NCBI GenBank assembly: GCA_964270895.1
Contig: OZ185439.1
Direction: 5' to 3' (one strand)
Source of the DNA: Podarcis filfolensis
Lineage: Eukaryota
DNA: 64,000 bases
Shown here: positions 1 through 10,748 of the stretch, one piece after another
How the letters are laid out: every line of letters starts with the position of its first letter
Numbering within the stretch: position 1 is the stretch's first letter
Made by a program: the position numbers and the translations under genes
The notes under the pieces: generated by a model
The model's input: the letters and a program-made list of their open reading frames with translations, nothing else
Databases searched by the model: none
What the model was told of the DNA's origin: nothing

Positions 1-159
1 CTATGTGCCCCTAAGCCTGCTGCCCTCAGATGTATTACAAGTGAAAGCAACAGCCCTTCTGCAAAATGGCTCATTGTGCATTTTTCAGTAAGAGTCTCTC
101 CCTTCCATCTCTTGCTTCCTTGTATTTTAGCTGGGAAAACGACAGATTGTTGGAGGAAA

Positions 160-291
160 ATGCAAAGCAGTGAATGGATTTTCCCCACCTTGATCCTTTG
201 CATATATGGCTTCTTCTCCTTGATGAGACCATCTGAGGCTTTCTTGACTCCTTATCTTGCTGGGCCTGATAAAAACCTGACTATTGATGAG
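160..291 (+). CDS. SLC19A3: SLC19A3-like first coding exon (acceptor AG at 129-130; first in-exon ATG at 160)
   Basis: [44 protein letters not shown] followed by GAG|gtacag. The start codon is uncertain. Confidence 0.85.
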
Positions 292-3200
292 GTACAGTGA
301 TGCACATTTTATTCACGCTAAGGTATTCAGTCATATGTCGGGAGTGAATTACAAATGGGGAAGGAATTCATTTAACCTTATAAACAAAAGGTAACTTATA
401 ATTTTCTACAGAGAAACCGTTACCTTCATCCCACTTTTTATAAATGTAAGTTTAGATACGTGTACTTCGTTAAGTTTTATATTTCAGGGTCTGTGGAACT
501 TCTTGCCACAATAATTCAGAGTTCCTCCATGTTTGCCATCTCTTACACCTCCTGAAGAGACTGAAACCTGTTGGACATACTACCTCCCACAATACATTTC
601 TTTTTTACTTCTGAACATAATTTCAAGGCTTTCATCCTGATTTTTGTTTATTTTTATTTTGTTTTGGTAACAAAGCAACCTGGTCGCACACGCAGGCCCA
701 CAGTGAACTCACAGCAAGCAAGTTTTGTCCCACTCCTTTCCAGGACATTACTTTCTGTGGCTGGCATTATTAAAGCTCCAAGAGAGCAAGGTGTATTATC
801 CTTGCAAGTAAAAGAATGACTGAAAATGCCCTGTGTGAAAAAAAGAAATGACAGCAATGAAGCATCAGGCATCATGTGTGAAAAGATCAGCTGTCAATCT
901 AGCTCTGGAATGCCAGTTTGGAATTAAGCAAAGCAAGTTGCTGCCCATGTGTTGTGCCTAAAGAAAGGCCAGGCTGTGAATGAGATGGTGAGCTAGCCAC
1001 TAACTGCTAGCAAAACTTGAATGGGAGAGAATAGGGGACTGAAGAGACAGAGGAGCTGTTAGAGGAGAAAACAGGCCTTGGCTACCAAAGTTCGCCTAGG
1101 GTCTCCACCGTAAAATTATATTGTAGTTTCAATAATTGCTTCTATATTTTTCATGCCTTATATTTGTTAGCCTTTCAATGTTACAAAATTCTTCCTTTTC
1201 CCTTCCAGGTGACGCAGCACGTTTTCCCTGTTTGGACGTACTCCTACTTGGCTCTACTAATCCCAGTATTCCTGATCACAGACTATGTACGCTATAAGCC
1301 TGTCATTATTCTCCAGGGAGTTAGTTTCCTGATCACCTGGCTGCTGCTTTTATTTGCATATGGTGTGCCTGCCATGCAGCTGGTGGAATTTTTCTATGGC
1401 ATGGTGACTGCCACAGAGGTTGCCTACTATGCCTACATATACAGTGTTGTCAGTCCTGACCATTACCAAAAAGTCACTGGCTATTGCAGAAGCATCACTC
1501 TCGTGGCATCCACCATAGGTTCCTTGCTGGGCCAGCTTCTAGTCTCTCTGGCCCATGTCTCTTATTTTTACCTCAATGCCATAACCATGGCCTCTGTCTC
1601 TGTGGCCTTTATGTCTTCATTTTTTCTACCCATGCCTCAAAAAAGTATGTTCTTTCATAGAACGTCTTCCCCAGAAGCATCCATCGGACCAACAGATAAG
1701 GATCCACCAAATGTCTCAGGCCAGCCAAGCCACCAATGGGATCTGTGTGTTCCAACAACATCCGCCAACTTCCAGAATGTGCCAGTAGATCAACTGCCCA
1801 AAATAAAAGACCAGAATCGCTTTCTGACCGTGCTTCTCCAGCTCTGTAAAGACTTGAAGGAATGCTATACCACAAAGAAACTCCTTTACTGGTCAATATG
1901 GTGGGCATTAGCCACTGCAGGATTTAACCAGGTTTTGAATTACGTCCAAGTACTGTGGGATGCTAAAGCACCTTCCCATAGCTCTCAAGTGTACAATGGA
2001 GCTGTTGAAGCCATAGCAACATTCCTGAGTAAGTATCCCTCTTAAAATATATCCTGTATGCAAACAACCATGTAAATGCACTTAATTCCCCCATTCCCAC
2101 GCAGCATAGGAAGGTGAACAAGATAACCAGGTATGAGAAATCATAAAACATTTTCCAGAATCCCACACGCCATCTAGGTGTGGTGTGCATAATGTTTTGG
2201 GGCACACAAGTGGCGCCATTTATTTCAGTGGAGGTAATTTTCACATGCAGCAGTGAAAATGAACAGATATCTGGGGAGGGGAACTCTTTGTGCACATCAG
2301 AAATTCCATAGTCATAAGAAATAAATTGGAGGGAACAAATTATTTTTGCAGTGAGTTTGGTCCACAGCTCACAACTTGTGCCTATCTAGAAATGTGATGA
2401 AGTGTCTGATCACATAGATTTGTTTATTTAGGTACTGCTATTGTATTTGCTTTCTGTACAAATATGCAAGTAGTTGACTTGCGGCTTATACAGCGGTTAT
2501 GCTCTGGAAATACCGTATTGGCCCAAAAATAAGCCGCACTCCTCTCCCCCACATTCTGATTGTGAAAAGTTAAAGTGCAGCTTATATTCACGACCTTATA
2601 CAGCCGGCAAAGCGGTGCAGCTCCACCCCCCCCCCCGAGAGCGTGGGGCAATAGTGCCCATCTCGTCCGCGGCTCCCAAGCCTTCAAATTTTAAATTGGG
2701 CCAAAATCATGTATAGTCAAAACAACCCTTTGTAAACTATAACCTTACTGCACTCTCCCAAGGCCACTACAGACTCTCCTTGCACCTGAGCGCTGTCCCA
2801 CATAAGTGCAATGGGGTGGAATTGTCAATGGTTTTCCCCCACTCTCCCGTCCACTTCCAACGTTTTTCCTGCTCTAGTTTGTCCCATAATCTTTAGGACT
2901 TGTTGCAGAACAATTTAAGCTACTCTTCTGTAATTGTTTATTAAATCTTACTCAGTTGAAGTATTTTCATTCCCCTTTAAGAGAAATGCTTTAGGCATCT
3001 TACAGTATTATTTTGTATCTACATTTTGAGGGAAATAGGGTATTTTAAAACCATTTTAGCAAGACTTGAGAACCTGCAGAACAGGGGTGGCTAACCTGTT
3101 ACTCTGGAAATGCTGATGGATGCCAGTTCCAGCCATCTCTTATCATTGGCCATCTAGAAAGCCAGATGTTAGCCACCCTTGCTGCAAGTGCATAGTAGTC

Positions 3201-6200
3201 TAAAACTTATCTCTTTCTCCAGGTTCAGTAACATCACTGGCTGTGGGATATGTGAAAATGAACTGGGACCTTACAGGGGAGATGGCGCTGGGAATCTTCT
3301 CTGCCCTGGATGCAGGTTCCCTGCTTCTGATGCATTTTACCAGCAACATCTGGGTTTGCTATGCTAGCTATCTAGTTTTCAAGGCATGTTATATGCTCCT
3401 TATAACCATAGCAACGTAAGTATATATAGGTATAGTTCACTTAGGCCAATTTGTTATTGTTTGGGCCCTTTATTACAGGGAGGTTAGATAAAGCCAGTGA
3501 AAGTAAGAAACATTGGGGGGAGAGGTTCAGGGGCATACCCTGTGAGACATAAAAACTATTGAGAGGGAAGTGCAGAACTCTCTCTTCAAATATCAGAATG
3601 GCTGTCATATAGAAGAGGACTAAGACCAGTTCTCTGCTCCAACAGTTTAAGTGTAAGAGTGTAAGAGCCATTTGGCAATAGAACCAATACCCCAACAGAG
3701 GGGTATGGCACTCTCCTTGTTGGAACTCTTCAAGCAGAGACTCAATAGTCATCTCTTGACGATGCTCCTAGCTCTGGATTTCCTGCATTAAACTGAAGGT
3801 TGGACTAGATGTGTGCAATACAAGACTCTCTCCAACTCTACGACCCTGAGATTTGTTTCTTTAGCAATTGCTGTTCCAGCCACACATCAGTGTTGCCAAA
3901 TATACACCTGCATACCCTCCATGGGCCTGTAGTTGATACACAGTTCAAACCTGCTGTGAATAAAATAAACAGAGCTCGTGTTCAGACTAGTACTTATGCA
4001 CAGGTTTAAGGCAAACGTGGGATGTGATCTCTATCATAATAATGATACCTTTGGCAGGCCTCGTCTTGCTCCTTCGGTACTGCCCACATTTCCTGAAATC
4101 CTACGGTAATCATAGAGTTGGAAGGGACCCAGAGGGTCATCTAGTCCAACCCCCTGAAATAAGCTATGTGCATGGCTCAGGTTTCCTCATCCTGATTGTC
4201 TGCATCCATTTCACACAAGTGTGTGCACATTTTGCCAGGTCTGAAAAAACAAGTCATCTACACTTAGATACCATGGCGATATCAACATTCTAAAATAAGC
4301 TCAATTTTAGTTTTCAGATTGCCATCAGTCTCAGCATGGAACGCTATGCCTTAATGTTTGGATTCAACAACTTTGTTGCACTGCTAATTCAAACTATTGT
4401 GACTGTCACAGTGGTGGATTCCAAAGGACTGGGACTGGATATTGGGACTCAGGTAAGTTGTAATGTAAATGCTGTATTGTAGGCACTATTGTTAATTCAG
4501 TAACATTTGCATGCTTCACATATTTGCAAGAGGCGACACTCAAATCAAGAGGCTTTTTGTTTTGTTTATAAACGTCTGTTTATATAAATAACATATGCTT
4601 ACACATCTATAACGTATCCTTTAGGGCAGGTATATGGGACCTTTTTGTCTTTGCAGGTTGGATCCTTTTCAGGCTCTACTTTGTAAGCCAAATTTGACAG
4701 GTAGGCGGGGTTGCCTACCTATCAACTGCATAACTCCGTAAATGATACAATGTGATTTGGTGCTTTGAATACCATAAGATTCCACAGGAGTGTCAATTTC
4801 TAGTTTGGATTCCTTAGCAGCAGCATCATTACTATTAATATACTACCCTTCATCCGAAGATCACAGGGTGATTTACAGTATAAATCATCTAAACGTTAGA
4901 AATAGTTAGGTTACAATCGTTTTTCCCTGTGAGTAAGCCACAATAGATAAAGCAAAACCTTCTTGATAATGCATAGGATTGGACTATTAGTGAAATATAC
5001 AAAACGTATTTGGGAATTTTACAAGTTAGCCAGGAGTAACTCTCCACAATTCACCAGAATTTTAACATTAATTGCCAAATTTTCATGTCTCCTTGCTTGC
5101 AGTCTTTGGCTCATTTGTTAATACTGACTTTTTAGTCTTGTTCAAAGTTGCTCAACCAATCACTGAAACAAGTGCCCCACCCAAACAAGTAACTGCTAAC
5201 AAGCACTTTTTTCTGTGGTCCATGGATTTCGAGAATTGACTGTGCAGGTTATGAAGTTCAGATCAGCCCAGAATTTACGCTCAGGCTGGAAGGAGTATGC
5301 TTGATGTCTGGCCTAGATTAACATTCTACCACCCCACCACCCAGATCTCCAATGAATAATCCGTCTAAACTGGCAAAAGCATATTTTAAAAAAATATTCT
5401 TGTTCATTATCTCACCGCACACAGCAATTCCAGTGTGTTGCCTTCACATCAGTGTGCATACACACAATACTGGCTGTCCTCCAATTCCCCAGTGACTTGA
5501 TATTCTGTATCTCTGGCTGGGTTGGCATCAGCACCTGGTACCCTTGGGCAGCTGCCAGGACTTGCTGCCAATGTCTGCACTAGGCCTTGTTTAATTTTCT
5601 TTCTGGACCAGCACACCAAACAGTGGCAGGTGGCTGGATCTTGTCACCATTTTAATTTCCCCCAATGCCCTCAAACTAGCATCACTCTGACAAATTGTGG
5701 GATTTGCCTTGAAGTAACTGACAGCAAAGCAGAGGTGAATTTTGTTCATCAGTATTTAGCATTTGGATGGCTTTCAAAAAGATAAGAGATAGGTTCGTGG
5801 AGGACGTCCTACCTCCTCTGACAGAAGCAGAATGTCTCTGAATACCAGTTGCTGGAAACTGCAGGAGGGCACAATACGACTGTGCTCAGGTCCCTGTGTG
5901 CTTCCCATAAGCATCTGCTGTTGCAACATACGGTCACTTGATATGCATTTTCACAATTATGGTGTAGCGACAAAGAGATGGATCATTAGTCATCTTCCAG
6001 TTCTGAGGAAGTACATTCATGATAGAACTGGATGGAGAGGAGGAATCAACTTCCCTAATACTGGGGTGAAGTTGAGGACATCACATGCTTATTTGCCTAC
6101 TTCAGCAAAATATAATACTTTTTAAAAATGCATTACTCTCTTTTCATACTGTATCAGTGGATTTTAAGTTTCAGTCTTCAAAATATAGATTTCAGTGCTT

Positions 6201-6711
6201 TGGCTTTCATATAATTGCAAGTCATTTTTTTGACTATAGACTTTATATTATGGTATTTAAGTTTCTTGTGATGGGAGTAAGAGAAGATATATAGGAGACT
6301 GTGTGATCTTATGCATCAAAATTAAGTCCTACCAAGTGGATTGGGCCTTATTTCCAGGTAAGTATGCATAGGACAGCGACCCAAGGCTAAAGCTGTGCTG
6401 GAGCCAAGGAACTTAGGAACATAGCAGTGCTTAGTAAACAGTAGGTATTTTAAAAATGGTTGCAAAAGCTCTACGATTGAAGCTAAGTTTTTTCAAAAAG
6501 CTGTTTGACAGATGTATTTTTTCACTCTGCTTTCTTGCAGTTCCTAATATATGGCAGTTACTTTGCAGTGATAGCTGTGATTTTCCTAATCAGGAGTATT
6601 TTTACGATAACATCACTCAAATGCCAAAAGGAGTCAAAGAACCTGGTTGAAAATCTTCAGAAGACTGAGGCAGAAGAGCAGAATGCAGTCCGCTATGACA
6701 CAAGACTGTGA
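160..6711 (+). CDS. SLC19A3: Thiamine transporter 2-like (SLC19 family), gene model join(160..291,1209..2028,3223..3415,4311..4452,6541..6711), 485 aa from the ATG at 160
   Basis: The five exons have GT-AG ends and total 1458 nt (486 codons) with no stop or frameshift. Translation matches THTR2: [83 protein letters not shown]. Family is certain; SLC19A3 versus its paralog is not resolved. Confidence 0.85.
1209..2028 (+). CDS. SLC19A3: SLC19A3-like large exon (820 nt, includes the cytosolic loop)
   Basis: ttccag|GTGACG...TTCCTGA|gtaagt; lies inside ORF 1164..2045 ([13 protein letters not shown]...AVEAIATFL). Confidence 0.95.
2470..2720. mobile_element. Degenerate Tc2/mariner-like MITE fragment(s)
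   Basis: TA+CCGTATTGGCCCAAAAATAAGCCGCAC at 2511-2539 resembles the TIR of the element at 8393; GC(G/A)GCTTATA motifs recur nearby. Confidence 0.4.
3223..3415 (+). CDS. SLC19A3: SLC19A3-like exon (193 nt)
   Basis: ctccag|GTTCA...GCAAC|gtaagt; encodes [63 protein letters not shown]. Confidence 0.95.
3700..3853 (+). mobile_element. CR1 LINE 3' end fragment
   Basis: ...ttcaagcagagactcaatagtcatctc...ttggactagatg...ccaactctacgaccctgagatt resembles squamate CR1 termini. Confidence 0.55.
4311..4452 (+). CDS. SLC19A3: SLC19A3-like exon (142 nt)
   Basis: attttag|TTTTCAG...ACTCAG|gtaagt; encodes [47 protein letters not shown]. Confidence 0.95.
5761..5930 (+). mobile_element. CR1 LINE 3' fragment
   Basis: ttggatggctttcaaaaaga...ttcgtggagga parallels the CR1 tail at about 32755-32810. 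Confidence 0.45.
6541..6711 (+). CDS. SLC19A3: SLC19A3-like last coding exon
   Basis: ttgcag|TTCCTA; encodes [23 protein letters not shown]...YDTRL, with TGA at 6709-6711. Confidence 0.93.
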   Translation, partial: FLIYGSYFAVIAVIFLIRSIFTITSLKCQKESKNLVENLQKTEAEEQNAVRYDTRL

Positions 6712-6742
6712 CTTTAGCACCTTCAGCAAAAGACTACCTGAG

Positions 6743-6748
6743 AATAAA
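6743..6748 (+). terminator. Candidate polyadenylation signal for the SLC19 gene
   Basis: AATAAA 32 nt after the stop; a second AATAAA lies near 6954. Confidence 0.4.
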
Positions 6749-8392
6749 GCTCATTTTTGGGTTTGTTCATCCACACAATGTTAATCAAGGAGGAGGAAGA
6801 AATGGAAGCACACATGTTTGGTGCACCATTGCATTCCTAGTCATTTGTGAGCCAGAGAGCAACTGCCTGGAGCATCTTTCAATTCCAAATCATTTTGCCA
6901 GGTCATGGCTGTTTATTTTTTTATCAATTGCATTTTTCATTTTCAAAAACAAAAATAAAATTTTGAAATTTGTTGGTCTGAATCTTCAGAAGTTAGGTTT
7001 ATCATGTTTACACAACTTATCGGACTAAAATTTCCAGTTTTGGTCCTTGTTTAGCATTCCTTAGTATGATAAGTTCACATTCACCAAACGAAAGGTAAAT
7101 TATGGCTTGTAAGTCACTTGTTGCATGAGGTAAGTCACATAGTAAACATTGGACTGGCACTGAACATACTGCACAAGTGGGCAAGAGGTTTCTGGACTAT
7201 AATCAGGGACCTTTGGTGCTACACATTTGTAGCTCTGCCTCCCTCTTGAAACTTGCAGCCTTTTGAAATCAGGTGAAAACATTGTTTTAAGAGACTCGTG
7301 GGTCCTCTCTGATTTTCTGCTGTTTTGTGTACTTGCTGGAACTGCTTTGTTAAGCAGCATATATACCAATGTTATTTTCCATAGTTTTATTGTGATTTGT
7401 ATAAAATTTGTATGGATATTAGTCATCTTGCAGACTCATTAGCTGAAAAAAGCAGGAAAGGGATGGAGTAAATAGAGAGTGTGAATATTAAGTATTTGCA
7501 AGAACATACCCTTTCATTGTTTAAATTATCTATTGTAAATTATCTGTGCCTATCATGCTTTTTTATAGCTGAGTCAAACTTGCATCCAATCCTGGAGTGG
7601 CCTTAATACAGCCGGCGAGTGTGGAAATAGTAGGCTGAAAACTGATGGACCTATCCTCTCCTTATGTATGACAACAGTTAGATTAAGGCCAGTATCCTTT
7701 TTTCTTTTTTATAAAGACAATATTTTAAAGTGCTAATTGAGATTTCAGACCAAATACCCTGGTGCAAACATTTCACAAATTTCATCACTGCAACTGTGCC
7801 AATCCACTGTGGCAAACTATGTTAAGTATTGCTGAAACACTCATTAACCCAGTCCTTCATCCATAATTAATATTCAGGTAACCTGAGATTTGTTAATCTG
7901 CTACTCAATGCATTCTAGGATTGCCACCCCAACACAAGAAATAATGTTACAGTTACATGCTGTATCTATTCCCACTATATAAACTGCATTTCACGTCCAA
8001 ACCAAATGACCAAGCCTAATCATGTAACTGTTTATCAGAAATTCAAAATAATGCATGAAGGAAGTATAGAAAACAAAGTCAGGTTAGTATGACATAAGAG
8101 CATTAACATTAACTTCAAATCAATAATTCTAAAGATGTTTATATTATATTAAGCAAGTTCAATTGTGATAATGCCCAATCCGTAAGTACATGGCATACTA
8201 ATTATTTGTAAAATCCTAGAAAAGTACACTTGCTCTATTTTGAAGGGGAAATGAGGCAGAAAAGCAAGAGTGCTGCTCATTACATTCTACATCCAGGTGA
8301 AGGCATGACTATTACCTGTTATTTCCCTTAGGCAGCACCAGCGGTTAGTGACTGGTGGATAGAAGGGTTCAATCTGCATGAGGAAGAAATTA

Positions 8393-9035
8393 CCGTATTT
8401 TTCGCCCTATAGGACGCACCTAGATTTTTTTGGGGGGGGGGAATAAAGGGGAAAAAATTTATTCCCCCCCCCAGGCGCGGGGCTGGGGAAGCCCGAGCTT
8501 CCCCCTCCCCCAGCCCCCAGAACGGGACCCAGAGCCACGCCGAAGCTGCGTGCAGCTTTGGCATCGCTCTGGGAGCTTGCGGGGCTGGAGGAGGGGGAAG
8601 CCCTCCGCCAGCCTTCTAACCAAGTCAGAGGACAGCGGGAAAGGTGTGCTGCGCCTCTCCCGCTGTCCCCAAATTTGCGGGGCTGGCGACGGGGAGGAGC
8701 AGGCTTCTCCCCCCCGCCAGCCTTCTAACCAAGTCGGGGGATAGCGGGAAAGGCACGCTGCGCCTCTCCCGCTGTCCCGAGTTTGCGGGGCTGGCGACGG
8801 GGAGGAGCAGGCTTCTCCCCCCCGCCAGCCTTCTAACCAAGTTGGGGGACCCCGAGTTTGTGGGGCTGGCGGTGGGGCTCTCCTGAAGCCTGGAGAGCGA
8901 GAGGGGTCGGTGCGCACCGACCCCTCTCGCTCTCCAGGCTTCAGCGAAAGCCTGCATTCGCACCATAGGACGCACACACATTTCCCCTTCATTTTTGGAG
9001 GGGAAAAAGTGCGTCCTATAGGGCGAAAAATACGG
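8393..9035. mobile_element. Young non-autonomous Tc1/mariner (Tc2-like) DNA transposon, 643 bp
   Basis: Perfect 27-bp TIRs CCGTATTTTTCGCCCTATAGGACGCAC (8393-8419 and 9009-9035); TA duplication at 8391-92 and 9036-37; CpG-rich interior with no transposase. Confidence 0.9.
8607..8845. repeat. About 108-bp GC-rich tandem repeat (2 units plus a partial third) inside the MITE
   Basis: GCCAGCCTTCTAACCAAGT recurs at 8607, 8716 and 8824. Confidence 0.85.
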
Positions 9036-10059
9036 TACAAATCTCTCGTCCTCAGCTATTACTTCAATGGAAATTGCAGCCCTCAGCTGCTTTACAGCTA
9101 AGCGAGTTGGGAGACCACATCCCCCATCACAGCACTCTCATATGATATTCGTTTTGAGCTCTGTGGTCAAATGTGTGAAGTCTGCATTTAGGTACTAATT
9201 TCTGCTTTCCACTTCCTGATTTGAAAATAGGTATGTGAGGGTGACAATCATACAAGGCAGATTTTTTTTAGAGCTCCCCAGAAATTTATTGTGAACAATA
9301 TAATGGGAGCTTGGTCCAACTTTACATAAACTGATATTCTCTGGCCAGTTTAATTCATTTATTTTACCCTCTTTTTACCCTCATTAAAAAGATTTCAAAT
9401 AAGATGCAGCAAAAGCCGTACCGGGTGGGGTACATTTCACTGCCTTGGTTTTTTTTGGCAAGCAAAAAACTGCATTACCATAGTTTAGCTAATTCTTGAA
9501 CAAAATATTCAGTCTGCTTTATAAGTCAACTCCCTTGGAAAGTCTCCATATTGAATAGCTCTCTCCAAAAATCATGTTCATACTGCTTTTTGATCCTATG
9601 TAGAAAGCAGCATTTACCACCTCACACCGTTAAACTAAATGAAAGAGAAACAACTGTATGTCAACTGTAGTAAAATACAGAACTTTTGTTTATTACCATT
9701 ACAGAAGCTTAGAGTCAACATATTAAAGTAAAACCCTCTAACCTTCAATGAGTATTGTACAAAATACACAGGATTATGTTGAGCAAACTGCTGCTATGAT
9801 TCAAGTAGTCACAAACTATCGCAACAGGTGTCTAGCTTCTAACAAGGCCTATTAAGTTCTTGCACCCTGTCATGGAGATCTCAAAATAAGTTTAACAGAA
9901 ACCTCAGGCAACATCCAACACTCTGGTTCTGTTAATGCAGAGTTGTCCACTTCCAGAATAGAACTTTTCCTTCCTCTTCCCTGCAGTTTTCTGCATGCCC
10001 TCAAAATCAGCTCTGGGTTGGAGGACTCTCCAGAGTAGATTTGGGAGGCATGGAGGAAA

Positions 10060-10086
10060 GGGAAGGGAAGGGAAGGGAAGGGAAGG
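10060..10086. repeat. (GGGAA)5 microsatellite
   Basis: Read directly from the sequence. Confidence 0.9.
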
Positions 10087-10742
10087 CCTATTGCACAAGC
10101 AGAGTTCTGCTTGCAGTGCATGGGATACAAGCCTAGATCAATAAATCAAACAATGTGTGTCCCACCAGTGGGATTCTTCATGAACAAAACTGAGCAAGAA
10201 GTTAAATAGGTTCTGTACTGCCCATCTAAAATCAGATTCGCTATAGTGTTCAAAATAATGACAGTTTGATATTTTATTTGATATTTTCCATGAGCCATAG
10301 AAAATGTCTCATGAGCTCCAGAGTAAAGAAGTGGGCAGCTCACTGAAAGCAATGAGTATCTTAAGTGAGATACTTCAAGACAACAGGGCTCATTCCTTTC
10401 CCTGCTAATCCCTTCCCCATTCCTCGACATATGTAGTTATTACAGAGCTTTCCTTCCTCACTCCAACAGTCTCCGCCCTACTCCTGCAGCTCATTGCAAT
10501 GAAGTGGGACACAGTTTTCCCCTCATGCAACCTGATTTGTAGATGGCTTCTCCAAGGTGGCAGTCTCTTTATACAAACACACCTTTTGGATTCCCGCCCC
10601 CCCCCCCCATCTGTTTTCCTCTCAGGGCTCACTGTGTCATCTTCTCTTCCCCCTCTTTCACACAAACTATCAAAGAGGAAGTGACACGTGCGGCTGACTG
10701 GTCTTGTAACATCTGTAAACCTATATAATGTTGTGCACAGGC

Positions 10743-10748
10743 TTTATT
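10743..10748 (-). terminator. Candidate proximal polyadenylation signal of AGFG1
   Basis: AATAAA on - about 760 nt past the stop; more distal AATAAA on - at 9285-9290 and 7386-7391. Confidence 0.4.

Noticed and set aside
6708-7028. 106-aa ORF overlapping the SLC19 stop (GTGA), resembling translational coupling
   Set aside because: GTG start in a eukaryotic 3' UTR, low-complexity product and no homology recognised.
8328-9101. Overlapping ORFs of up to 193 aa
   Set aside because: They fall in the GC-rich tandem-repeat interior of the MITE; the peptides are repetitive and have no transposase motifs.
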